A stretch of DNA of 32,000 bases, taken from Amoeboradix gromovi X-113. Lineage: Eukaryota; Fungi; Sanchytriomycota. The notes below the pieces were generated by a model, which was given only the letters and a program-made list of their open reading frames with translations, searched no databases and was not told the origin of the DNA. This document shows, piece by piece, positions 1-9,843 of this stretch (positions within the stretch are counted from its first letter, which is position 1; each line of letters opens with the position of its first letter). Where the stretch lies: the NCBI GenBank assembly GCA_018985225.1, contig JADGIF010000010.1:14996-46995 (forward strand). Direction: 5' to 3'. A program made the position numbers and the translations under genes.

Positions 1-1321
1 AAGCCTGTTTAGTTTTACTACAAGGCTTATCGCAATCCTCGTGGTAGCTCTTTTGATAAGTACATAACTGCTTGCCGTCATCTGTCAATGCCTTGACATA
101 TCTGCAGTTAGGATCTTTGCAAGTGTTGTTGGTAAGTCCGGTGAATTCTTGTTGCAAGTCGGCATTGAACTCATAATATGGTTCCGCCCTTTCGTCTTGC
201 ACGTAGCCTTGAACATTTTGAGCATTGGGAACAGCCAAAGTCATTAAACATTGATTAGTAGACATCTTCTTTTCAAAATGCGATTGTTCAATGTGAGCTT
301 TACTTTGAGTGTACCAGTAGTTAATCATCAAATCGTACTGAATTCTAAAGGCGCTGATATATTGTTTAAATAGATCTTCGATTCTTGATGTATCAGAGTC
401 TAATTGCTTTGCAGTTATGTACCATTCTTTAACTGCCATTATCAGCATACTAACAAATTGTGGATATGCAGATACTGCAGTGGCAGTCTCTTCGTCATTA
501 AAAGTAATTTCGTCATCGGCGTTTATCGGCATCTTTGCATAAACCATTTGCTGTGCAGTCTCAGTAACCAGCGTTTGCCAATTGGAAAGAATGATATCTC
601 CATTGCTTTCACCATCAAATATGTTAAGGGTATCTGTAATAACCTTGATAGATATTCCCAACTTTTCTTGATACTGCTGCTGAAATTTCATTTCAATCTG
701 ATTGTTTATCATTTCACTGAGATACGGCTTAATTTCCATAAACATTTGATCTGGAGATGGAATAACCTGTTGTATGTACTCAACTATCTGTTTAAAAAAT
801 GAATCCGGGTCAATCTGGGGAGGTGCTTTTTCACCTTCGAAAGCATCAAAGAATGTTTTCCCAATCATCATAACACTACCAAGTGCAATAGCGGGAGGGC
901 TACCAGTAAACATGAGAATAGTGGCAGTCATATCGTATGCAGCACCGATAAACATGTCGGATCTCTGCTGAGCTGTAATATTAGGTGTTGTAAATGCCTG
1001 AACCATTGTAACCATACTATGGCCGCTCATTCCTACAGCCATAGCAACACCCATGCCCATACCATTTCGTTTCACCAGCGATGGATCCCCACCAGACACA
1101 TCTGCGATAGCTTTAGAAGATGGAGGATCTCGAGTTTTTATTCCAACGTCAGAGACTGATTTTAACATTTTTCTCAATAGAGAGCCTCGCCAAAGACCAT
1201 TAGCGACATGTTTGGTAACATTAGAGTTTTTTGAGTCGATGCTGTAGGAAGCGTTTCTATAATGGAAATGTTCATCCTCGGTTTTGCTTGCATATGTTGT
1301 CAAACATAATAAAATCATCAT
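1..1321 (-). CDS. Secreted protein with a Cry/delta-endotoxin N-terminal-like helical domain; 3' end runs off the window
   Basis: Not in the ORF track. Manual translation from ATG 1321 gives MMILLCLTTYA (signal-like) ... ATILMFTGSPPAIALGSVMMIGKTFF ... PDQMFMEIKPYLSEMINNQIE ... SAYPQFVSMLIMAVKEW, open to position 1 (>=440 aa). The motifs resemble Cry domain I helices (W/FxxxxxxVEELIDQKI; LPxYAQAANLHLxLLRD). The CDS is well supported; the family call is moderate. Confidence 0.6.
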   Translation of the reverse strand, partial: MMILLCLTTYASKTEDEHFHYRNASYSIDSKNSNVTKHVANGLWRGSLLRKMLKSVSDVGIKTRDPPSSKAIADVSGGDPSLVKRNGMGMGVAMAVGMSGHSMVTMVQAFTTPNITAQQRSDMFIGAAYDMTATILMFTGSPPAIALGSVMMIGKTFFDAFEGEKAPPQIDPDSFFKQIVEYIQQVIPSPDQMFMEIKPYLSEMINNQIEMKFQQQYQEKLGISIKVITDTLNIFDGESNGDIILSNWQTLVTETAQQMVYAKMPINADDEITFNDEETATAVSAYPQFVSMLIMAVKEWYITAKQLDSDTSRIEDLFKQYISAFRIQYDLMINYWYTQSKAHIEQSHFEKKMSTNQCLMTLAVPNAQNVQGYVQDERAEPYYEFNADLQQEFTGLTNNTCKDPNCRYVKALTDDGKQLCTYQKSYHEDCDKPCSKTKQA

Positions 1322-2166
1322 CTTATTGCGGAAACTGGAAACATTCACTTTAAATCATCTAGAATCTCAGACTAGGTGGGTTCCACCAGTAAAAATCCTA
1401 ATAGGATCTGATTCATTTTCATGAACTTGTACCAATCATGTGACTGAATAGGAAAAATGATTTTCACAGCTATCGATTTTAATTGAATAAACAATTAATC
1501 GTGATTGCGTGAGTTATGTGGCTCCACTATTCTCTCTTATTAACTTTTCAGACCGCGTAGAAGCTCGATAATCGTATTTTCATCAATTGCAAATGGGTCA
1601 AAATCGTCCCATTTAGAATATAATAAATTTAAATGTTTAGGACCTGCTCTAAAAATGGAGAGATACGATGCATTTATGTTTATTGCATTTGCGGTGAGAG
1701 AAAATATGAAAGAATTGTGCTACGGGAAAGACCTAAAAAATATTTGGATGTCCTAATCTCAGGAATAAGCAACACTAATGTTTCCCACCAAGCGCACACA
1801 TTAATTTGTTATTTAGGATACTGCAAAAATAGTACTTGTAGGCAAAACAAAAAGGCCATTACACTAATACCCATTTTTATAAAGCTCTTTTGTTTTTCGA
1901 TATCTTGAATCCTTTTCTAATCATCTTGGTTTACATTCGCAGCCAATGACTTTCAAGACACAAAGTAATGTACTCGCTAGGTCGGCTTTTGTTGGAACTT
2001 ATTAGAACCAGCGATGATTTTAGTGTTGGTGCAATCGTCTGGAAAATTGTTTGTTATTAAGTTTTGAGTATCTCTTTGTAGCGTAGTAAAAATCTTCTAA
2101 GATGGTATCTCTTTTTTTGTCATCTCCTTTTCTCCCCTCCAGTATACTTTCTTAGAGCATTCCGAC

Positions 2167-3513
2167 ATGTTAGTCCTTTACTTTATTTTACGTTCAAGTC
2201 AATTTCATCACCAGCTTCCAAGTTTTGAAGAATTCCAAAAGATGGACGCTTTCACTGCACATGAACATCATGGTGATCTTAAAGATAGGTACAATTATGC
2301 TAGTTCGCAATGCGCTGCTTCTGTTTTGAAGGTCAATAAAGAAGTGAAAGGTGGATCTAGAATACTGAATGACAATCGGGATAGTTATATGCTAACGCCT
2401 TGCAGCGTAAAAGATAAGTATATAGTCGTTGAGTTGTGTGAGGATATTCTGATAGACACTATTGTTCTGGGTAACTTTGAATATTTCTCTTCTACTTTTA
2501 AGCATTTTAAAGTTAGTGTATCACAGAGATACCCACCATCACAAGGATGGGTAGCACTAGGCGAATTTGATGCAGTGAATTCTAAAAGAAAACAAATGTT
2601 TTCTATATCTAATCCAATAATTTTCGCTAAATTTGTCAAAATTGACTTTGTAAGTCATTTTGATTATCAATACTACTGCCCACTGTCTCTTGTGCAAGTT
2701 TACGGTACTTCAATGATTGAAGAATATAAAAGATTCGTAGATGATGCAGTTTATGTACAGCCTTTGTCTTTACCAAGTAGCAAAAATGAGTCAAAGACGC
2801 CATACCCACAAAAAGAGGAAGATTACTTCTTATTAGATAACCCTGATTTCAGCAACCTTGGGGATCAGCATGCTGCTTTTGTTGAAGAGTGGCTCAATTA
2901 TTGCAGATCCAAAGACTTTCACTTCTATTTTTCAAATCAATGTTTTAGTGCTAATGATGCATATAAATCACAGGAAGATCCATGGGAGATAGCTGCCAGT
3001 GCGCTCCCTCAAAGTGTATTCACAAGTTTAGAGCGAAATCATATCAAACTGATAAAGCACATTCACTCAAATAATCTGAAAATAAGTGAAAAATTTAATA
3101 AAATTGACAAAAAAGTAAAAGCCATGGAAAAAGCCATTGCAAATCTGAACTCCACAATATACGACGAAATAGCAAAACTTAGGATAACCTTTGATTTATT
3201 TGAAAAAAAGCAAAAGAAGCAGCAGCTAAAAGCTCAAGGGCAATTAAAACAACAGGTTACTGACTTAAAGTTTAAGCTAGAACGGATATTCGAAGAAACA
3301 ATTGAAAACCGAAAATGGGACAGATTACGTTCTTTGCTCATCATTTTAATACTGATAATAGTCATGCTGAAGAATACAAACATTAAAAAGTATGCTTCCA
3401 GTGCATTTTACTACTATTCACCTGGTAGTTCTCCAAAAAAAGACATGAAGGAACCGAGTGGGGTGCAAAGTATGCCGTCCTCACCGTTAAGCAGGAAAAG
3501 GGCTCAGCAATAA
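2167..3513 (+). CDS. SLP1: SUN-domain (mid-SUN, Slp1/SUCO-like) ER membrane protein
   Basis: RYNYASSQCAASVL, NRDSYMLTPC, IVVELCEDILIDTIVLGNFEYFSSTFKHFKVSVSQRYP and YYCPLSLVQVYG form the Slp1-type SUN domain. A coiled coil and a C-terminal TM helix (LLIILILIIVML) follow. Confidence 0.9.
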   Translation: MLVLYFILRSSQFHHQLPSFEEFQKMDAFTAHEHHGDLKDRYNYASSQCAASVLKVNKEVKGGSRILNDNRDSYMLTPCSVKDKYIVVELCEDILIDTIVLGNFEYFSSTFKHFKVSVSQRYPPSQGWVALGEFDAVNSKRKQMFSISNPIIFAKFVKIDFVSHFDYQYYCPLSLVQVYGTSMIEEYKRFVDDAVYVQPLSLPSSKNESKTPYPQKEEDYFLLDNPDFSNLGDQHAAFVEEWLNYCRSKDFHFYFSNQCFSANDAYKSQEDPWEIAASALPQSVFTSLERNHIKLIKHIHSNNLKISEKFNKIDKKVKAMEKAIANLNSTIYDEIAKLRITFDLFEKKQKKQQLKAQGQLKQQVTDLKFKLERIFEETIENRKWDRLRSLLIILILIIVMLKNTNIKKYASSAFYYYSPGSSPKKDMKEPSGVQSMPSSPLSRKRAQQ

Positions 3514-3572
3514 ACTGATTTCTCTATTTGTTGTACGTTGCAATCTTTTTTACAAATTTATGGAGTACAAGG

Positions 3573-6500
3573 ATGACACAGCAAACTGTTATGGAACAGA
3601 ACCTGCAATCTCTCTTATCTCCTGATAATAAAGTAAGAAATCAAGCTGAGTCTTACTTTGATAATGCGGACAAACAGCATCTTGCTGTACAGTTGCTGCA
3701 GTATGTTAGCAATCCGCAATTTACACAAATCTGTTGTGCTTTACTGCGTAAGATGGTTGATGACTTATCTGATGCTACTGCCCAGCAAGTGTTTGAGCAG
3801 TCTAAAAACTTTCAAGACCTAAAGCCTGTACAATTTTTAATTGCAACAATTGTTAAAAAATACGATTTCGGCTTCGATGGTTTGACTCACGCCTCTTTAG
3901 CAAAGTGTCTTGAGTACGCCCCCAAAAAGTTTACTTTAGACCAGTTAATGCATATTGTGCATGAAAAACCTGATTTAGATACGTTTAAAGGGTTTTGTCA
4001 ATATTTGATTGCTGTTAAACCTGAACCTGCTTCAGTTAGCGAACTAATTTCTAGCTTCATCAACATTATGACCGAAGAGTATTTCGAACCTATGGCAGAA
4101 GTAGCTGATTATACTGCGGCATATCTCTCTCCATCCTATGAATTGTACTTGTCCAAATGTCTTCAATATATTCAATTAAACAGTCAACTAGCACTGGAAT
4201 GTGCTGTGCTTTATATCGAGCAAAAGCCCGAATCTCTTGTTAACCATCCTATTATAAACCGAATTATTGAGCAGCTTTTACAATGGGTTTGCGATGTTAA
4301 CTTAACGGATGAAGAATTTGCAGCATTTGAAGAAGACGATGCCCAAAGTAATTATATAGTAGCTGAAATGGCACTTGATCGTCTTTCAAGGGCTTTGGTG
4401 GATGCTCTACTCCCAATGGTAATGAATTCGCTCAACTCAATGTTAAACGACTCAAAGTGGAACGTACGCTACGGAGCATTCATGTGTCTTAGTAGCATTG
4501 CTGAAGGTTGCATCTCCAGTTTAACTGAAGAGATGGATGAGTTAGTTGCTCTGATCACTAAATATTTTACAGATCCAAATCCCAGGGTTCGTTTTGCTGC
4601 TGCTCACTGTATTGGACAGCTAGCTACTGATCTGGCACCTGATCTATCTGAAATCTACCACTCCTCCATTATGAATGGTCTGTTGCACTTGATGAGTGAT
4701 AAAGTCCCACGAGTAGCTGCGCATGCTGCCAATGCCTCAATGAACATACTGGAGAATCTACCCAAAGACGAGAGTTCGCTGTACATTGAGCCACTAATGA
4801 CTCAATACGCCCAGTTATTTGGTTCTAACAATCGTCAGATCCAACAGATCTGTATTTCTGCAGTTGCTACATTGGCTGATGCCGCAGAAGACAAGTTTAT
4901 CCCTTATATGCCTACTATAGTACCTCAATTCATGTCTATTCTAACTGAATTAGTAGGCGAGTTGGACATGTCTCATCAAGAACTTAGGGCTAAACTAGTA
5001 GAATGTTTAACGTTAATTGCCTTGGCTGTTAAAAGACCTGCATTCGATCCTTATTTAGACCAACTTATCACTATTCTACGCAAGTTCAATGTAGTAAAGT
5101 TAGACGATTCCAGCTTAGATCCTTTGCCATCCTATTTATTGTCTGCATGGGCACGTATGTGCAGAGTGCTGAAGAGTGATTTTGCGCCTCTCCTACCTGA
5201 ATGCATGCCTCTTGTTCTAGCTTATGCTTCTCACAATCCCGCAATTGAAATCATTGAACCTGATGAGGTTGCCAACTTTTCGAAAGAGGACGGATGGTTT
5301 GTCGCTAATGTGGAATCTAATAGAGTCGCTGTAAATACATCCCAGATAGAGGAAATGTCTACTGCTGTGGAAATGATTTCTATCTACGCTGAAACACTTA
5401 AAAATGAGTTTATGCCGTTTTCCAACGACTGCATAGACCTTGTAGTGCCGTTAATTAAATTCCTGTTTAGCGATGAAGTTAGATTAGCTAGCATTAGATG
5501 CATTCCTAAGCTAGTTGACTGTTTGAATCCCCAACTCCAAGAAGCAGCCATCGTGTATGTTATCAAAGAGTATATAAGCACATTGGAGAATGAGATTGAT
5601 TTTGAGCTTACCAGCTACATTATAGGTGGATTGAGCTCCTTTATATTAAAATTTGGATATTGTTTGGATGAAGAGGATACGGCATTGTTGTTTGATACTT
5701 CAGTGGAATTACTGAAACAACTAAATGAGCAATTAGCCAATAGAGAAGAAGAGCTAAGCTATGCGTACGATGAAGACATAGTCAACGAAGACAATACACT
5801 TTTCGAGTTGGCATCTTTGTTCCAGACCTGTTTCAAAGTTCATGCAGATTATTTTGTAAATATCTATCATTTAAAGATATATCCTGTAGTGTACTCATTT
5901 CTGGTAATTATTTGTAATGTAGGGACATGTAAATAGTGAAGCGAAGCAATTTGCGTGCTTATGCATTGACGATATAATTGAGTTTGGACCTATGACGTAC
6001 AAGCTAAGCGTTATACTAAATGTAGGGGAGACATTCGCAAGTATGCTGACTACACCTACTGAATCAATCAAGCAAGCTGTCAGTTACGGAATCGGAGTGC
6101 TGGCACAGGTAGATCCAATGAACAGCAGACAGTATTGTGAGCAATGCATTCCGCTGTTAATAAATAACATCAACATGGACAGTGACCGTAACGTTACAAG
6201 TTACGGTGCAACTGATAACGCAATAGCGGCTTTAATTAAGATTATGAAATACGCTCACATACAAACCCCTGAGATGGTAAACGCAGTATTTAAAGGATTG
6301 CCATTATTAGCGGACGAGGAGGAGTTTCAGCAGGTGTATGACTATATTTTCACCAGCTGTATCCAACACTTTAATGCTTGTCCATACAACAAGCAAGTTG
6401 CTATTCTAATCGAACCTATATTTAAAGGATTGACCAAACAACAATTTCCTAGTCAATTCAAGCAGTTGTATTCTCAAGTATTCAGTATGTGTCTACAAAA

Positions 6501-6585
6501 TAATGAGTTTAAGATGAATTTAGAGCAATTGCTAAGCACTGTATCAGCAAATAGTCAGCGACAAGTCCACGACTTTTTTAAATAA
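3573..6585 (+). CDS. PSE1: Importin-5 / karyopherin beta-3 (Pse1/Kap121), two exons (3573-5903, 5923-6585), ~997 aa
   Basis: HEAT repeats with ALDRLSRAL, WNVRYGAFMCLSSIAEGC, DPNPRVRFAAAHCIGQLATD, YLLSAWARMCRVL and ATDNAIAA. Removing a 19-nt GT-AG intron joins the two track ORFs in frame and restores KQFACLCIDDIIEFG. Confidence 0.9.
5904..5922 (+). other. 19-nt spliceosomal intron
   Basis: GTAATTATTTGTAATGTAG, phase 0. It is required to bypass the stop at 5934-5936 and join the 802-aa and 197-aa ORFs. Confidence 0.85.
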
Positions 6586-6611
6586 ATAATTTCTAATTAG
6601 TTCATAAATAT

Positions 6612-8933
6612 TTACTTGACGAAAAGTCTTCGCAAATCAGCCAAATTCAAAAGACTGTTGGTCGTTGAATTTACTAATTTGACTCTCATGTTGTTTATCG
6701 TCATTTCATATTCCTGTGTGTACCCATCATCATTCCTAATCATGAGCACCAGGTTATTCTCCATTCGCAGCCTTACCGGGTAGAATCTGCTGATAAATCT
6801 TAGTTGTTTTATAAGCTCTACTCCACTTGCACAAGCGAAGGTTAGCTCCATCATTAACTCATGGACATTCAACACAGTATCCATATTCTTCACCAAAGTT
6901 GACATCATCCATTTTGTTATGCTGCCGTTTATATCGCAAACATCGTATTTGTGTGGTTTTATATTTATACTCAAAACCTTGTCCATCATGCTATATGTAT
7001 ATTCATCCATATAGTTCAGCGATATAACCAACAGCTCATATTCTAGTACCACTTCTAATGCGGTTATGGTGGTGATCTTCCATTTCCATTCCATTTCAAC
7101 TTGATGTTGTATCTCCTTTAATTCTTCAATATTGCTGCGATCCGCCACAATCAACGCATCCTGCTGTTGTTTCAACATACAAAGGACCTGTTGCAGCTCA
7201 TCTATTTCGCTATTTACTGTCTTGGATTCATGCTGTTTGTTATTCAACTCATTGTCCATTTCCAATACGTTATGCTCTGTTTTGTCGATGTCATCATCCA
7301 GCTCTTTTATGTTGTTTACAATATCATGCTCAAATGTTGTCAAATCCGTTTTGTTAACTGCTAGTTCAGATTGCAATAATTCCAATTCAGATTGATTGCT
7401 ATTGATATTAAAGTCTAATTCATCCTCCACTTGCAGCAATGATGATATTAAGTCCTCGGCCTCTGATTTGTAGCCTATATAAACTGCCAACTCTGACTGT
7501 ATTATCGTTTCAATTTTATCGAGGATGGGTATTAGTAGCTGCAGTTTACTCGTGCTGCTAGTACAAGTGCAATAGTCTCTTGTGTTGTTAATCATTCTGG
7601 CAAAATACAGTTGCTCTTGGGCATCAGATTGCATGTAGTCAGAGTATAACGAAGAAAGAGAGATTGAATTAAAATCGGTGAGATATTTCTGATACATTTG
7701 CTTGTAATCTGATTGTTCAATCGCTGGATACGAATTTGATACTTTGAGATTTAAAGCGCTTAGCAACTGACTACCTGACAAGCTACTAGGTGTTTCATTA
7801 ATGACATTGGGTAATATTTCCACTTGAGCTAATTGAAGAGGCATTGGAAAGGATTCAGAGCTACGAGGGGGGCTCTGCTTGTTCTCGTCTTCGGCAGTAT
7901 CATTATTTACACTGGCTGTAAATTTACCATTTGAATCTCCTACATTTCTCTTGTCAATTGGTGAATTAAGCAGTTCATTCTCTATTAGAAGAGACTCATC
8001 AGGATCATGTAAGATCGAATGATGAGACTGATTGCTGACTTGCTTAAAGAAAGTACTGGTTTCCACAACAGGTTTGAGTGTATCCTCGCTGATGATGGAA
8101 TTGAGTAAGTGGCTGTTCATCAAAGGCTGCTCTAAAGGGCCTTTTTTGTTATGAAGACTAATAAATTCATCCAGATTAAACGTATCAACGGGTGCAATGG
8201 TTTTAGTTAATAAATTAGTTGATTCTAATAGTGATGTTTCGCCGACGTGTGGCTGAATAAATGGTACAATTTGGCCAGTATGAGGCAATAACTTGGTTTC
8301 TTGCATCAAGTCGTCTGTTATCAGCTTAGTTTCTTGCATTGGGTCATTATCCATATCTTCCCCAGGGTTCATATTTATCAAGTTAGTTTCTTGCATGACA
8401 TCATTTGGAATAAGGCCTGTTTCTTGCATCAAATCGTTGCCCAATAATTGGGTCTCTCCTTTTTTGCCCATCTCTATCAGATTAGTCTCTTCCATTACAA
8501 TCGACCGATCAAATTTATTATCATATATTCGAGTTTCTTGCATATCGTGGTCATCCCCAGAATTGACACCATCATTGTCGAATAGAAAATCGGGTTGACT
8601 CAATTGGAAAGGCTTAACAGGGCTGTTCTGAAAAGTAACTCGACGTTTTTTTTTAAAAATGTTGGTATTCTCCATAATATCATGGGCTTGATGAGATGGG
8701 TCAATCATTTCAGTTAAATCATGTTTTTTGCTGTTCTCTTTGTCGTTACTTTCTTGAGTTGGAGATCCAAGGAAGTGATTTCTTTTCAAATTGAATAATT
8801 GAAGATTTTGTAAATCATTAGTTTTTGGAGACACAAACTTCAGCCTTTCGTCCGGCGTTTTGATCGGTGTCTTGTTCGGAGATGGTGAAGGACTTACTTG
8901 TTTACGCAATGGAGAGGATTTAAATGGTTGCAT
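6612..8933 (-). CDS. SPC105: Kinetochore scaffold Spc105/Spc7/KNL1
   Basis: PP1-binding RVxF motif (KKKRRVTF), six MELT-like repeats (MQET x5, MEET), a long coiled coil and a C-terminal RWD-like region. The start is uncertain: the first in-frame ATG is 8933, and a short upstream exon is possible. Confidence 0.8.
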   Translation of the reverse strand: MQPFKSSPLRKQVSPSPSPNKTPIKTPDERLKFVSPKTNDLQNLQLFNLKRNHFLGSPTQESNDKENSKKHDLTEMIDPSHQAHDIMENTNIFKKKRRVTFQNSPVKPFQLSQPDFLFDNDGVNSGDDHDMQETRIYDNKFDRSIVMEETNLIEMGKKGETQLLGNDLMQETGLIPNDVMQETNLINMNPGEDMDNDPMQETKLITDDLMQETKLLPHTGQIVPFIQPHVGETSLLESTNLLTKTIAPVDTFNLDEFISLHNKKGPLEQPLMNSHLLNSIISEDTLKPVVETSTFFKQVSNQSHHSILHDPDESLLIENELLNSPIDKRNVGDSNGKFTASVNNDTAEDENKQSPPRSSESFPMPLQLAQVEILPNVINETPSSLSGSQLLSALNLKVSNSYPAIEQSDYKQMYQKYLTDFNSISLSSLYSDYMQSDAQEQLYFARMINNTRDYCTCTSSTSKLQLLIPILDKIETIIQSELAVYIGYKSEAEDLISSLLQVEDELDFNINSNQSELELLQSELAVNKTDLTTFEHDIVNNIKELDDDIDKTEHNVLEMDNELNNKQHESKTVNSEIDELQQVLCMLKQQQDALIVADRSNIEELKEIQHQVEMEWKWKITTITALEVVLEYELLVISLNYMDEYTYSMMDKVLSINIKPHKYDVCDINGSITKWMMSTLVKNMDTVLNVHELMMELTFACASGVELIKQLRFISRFYPVRLRMENNLVLMIRNDDGYTQEYEMTINNMRVKLVNSTTNSLLNLADLRRLFVK
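8296..8543 (-). repeat. Coding MELT-like repeats in Spc105
   Basis: Exact 11-mer GTTTCTTGCAT (ATGCAAGAAAC on the minus strand, encoding MQET) at 8296, 8329, 8386, 8419 and 8533. Confidence 0.8.
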
Positions 8934-9079
8934 ATCCTGTTTCAAAATATTATTGAGAATGTCGTGAGTACTTGATAAAGCATTAACGCTTGCTTACAGT
9001 TTGTGTTAATGTAGTAGAAGACAATTCATACTACGTGATATGATTTTAATCAAGTGCTCGCAGTTATATTTTTTGATAC

Positions 9080-9829
9080 ATGTTGAAAGTTCTAGTTCCA
9101 TGTAAGCGCGTAATTGACTATGCAGTTAAAGTTCAAGTAAATGCAGCTAGTAAATGGGTAAATGAAGATGTTAAGCACTCTTTGAATCCGTTTGACGAAA
9201 TTGCAATTGAAGAAGGAATCAAATTAAAAGAAAGAAATGTAGCATCATCGTTAACTGCTATATCAATTGGACCTTCTTCTTCTCAGGACAGTCTTCGAAC
9301 TGCGCTAGCTATGGGTGCTGATAAAGCAGTTCACATTAAAACTGATTCTCGATTGGAGCCTATTCAAATTGCTCAAGCCATAAAGTCTTATTTATCAAAA
9401 GAAACCCACGATCTAGTTATATTAGGTAAGCAGGCTATAGACGATGATTGCGGTCAGACTGGGCCTATGTTAGCTGGATTGTTAAACTGGAACCAAGCTA
9501 CTCAAGTTTCCAAGGTTGATATTTCAGATAAGAATGTTACCGCTATTCGGGAGATTGATGGAGGATTAGAAACAGTTCAGTTTAAACTCCCGGCTGTACT
9601 TACCACTGACTTGAGATTAAATGAGCCTAGATTTGCTACTCTTCCAAAAATCATGCAGGCCAAGCGTAAACCAATTGAAGTGATTGAATTTGATAGCTTG
9701 AATATTAACGCCAAACCTATCACTGTTATTACTTCCGTACAGGATCCTCCCAAGCGAAAAGGCGGAGTTAAGGTTGGGTCAGTTGATGAGTTAATCTCAA
9801 AATTAAAAACTGAAGCAAAGGTAATTTAA
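9080..9829 (+). CDS. ETFB: Electron transfer flavoprotein subunit beta
   Basis: KVLVPCKRVIDYAVK, SLNPFDEIAIEE, LRTALAMGAD, GKQAIDDD, REIDGG, DLRLNEPRFATLPKIMQAK. Confidence 0.97.
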   Translation: MLKVLVPCKRVIDYAVKVQVNAASKWVNEDVKHSLNPFDEIAIEEGIKLKERNVASSLTAISIGPSSSQDSLRTALAMGADKAVHIKTDSRLEPIQIAQAIKSYLSKETHDLVILGKQAIDDDCGQTGPMLAGLLNWNQATQVSKVDISDKNVTAIREIDGGLETVQFKLPAVLTTDLRLNEPRFATLPKIMQAKRKPIEVIEFDSLNINAKPITVITSVQDPPKRKGGVKVGSVDELISKLKTEAKVI

Positions 9830-9843
9830 TGCAGCTAATAAAT

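Noticed and set aside
404-1247. Plus-strand ORFs 404-802, 774-971 and 1053-1247
   Set aside because: Antisense shadows of the long minus-strand CDS.
5997-6025. Second intron in importin-5 ending at CTAAATGTAG
   Set aside because: The candidate GT-AG lengths (16 and 29 nt) break the frame, and the unspliced spacing already matches importin-5.
8296-8543. CRISPR-like or other non-coding repeat array
   Set aside because: The 11-nt repeats are irregularly spaced, in frame, and encode MELT-like motifs.
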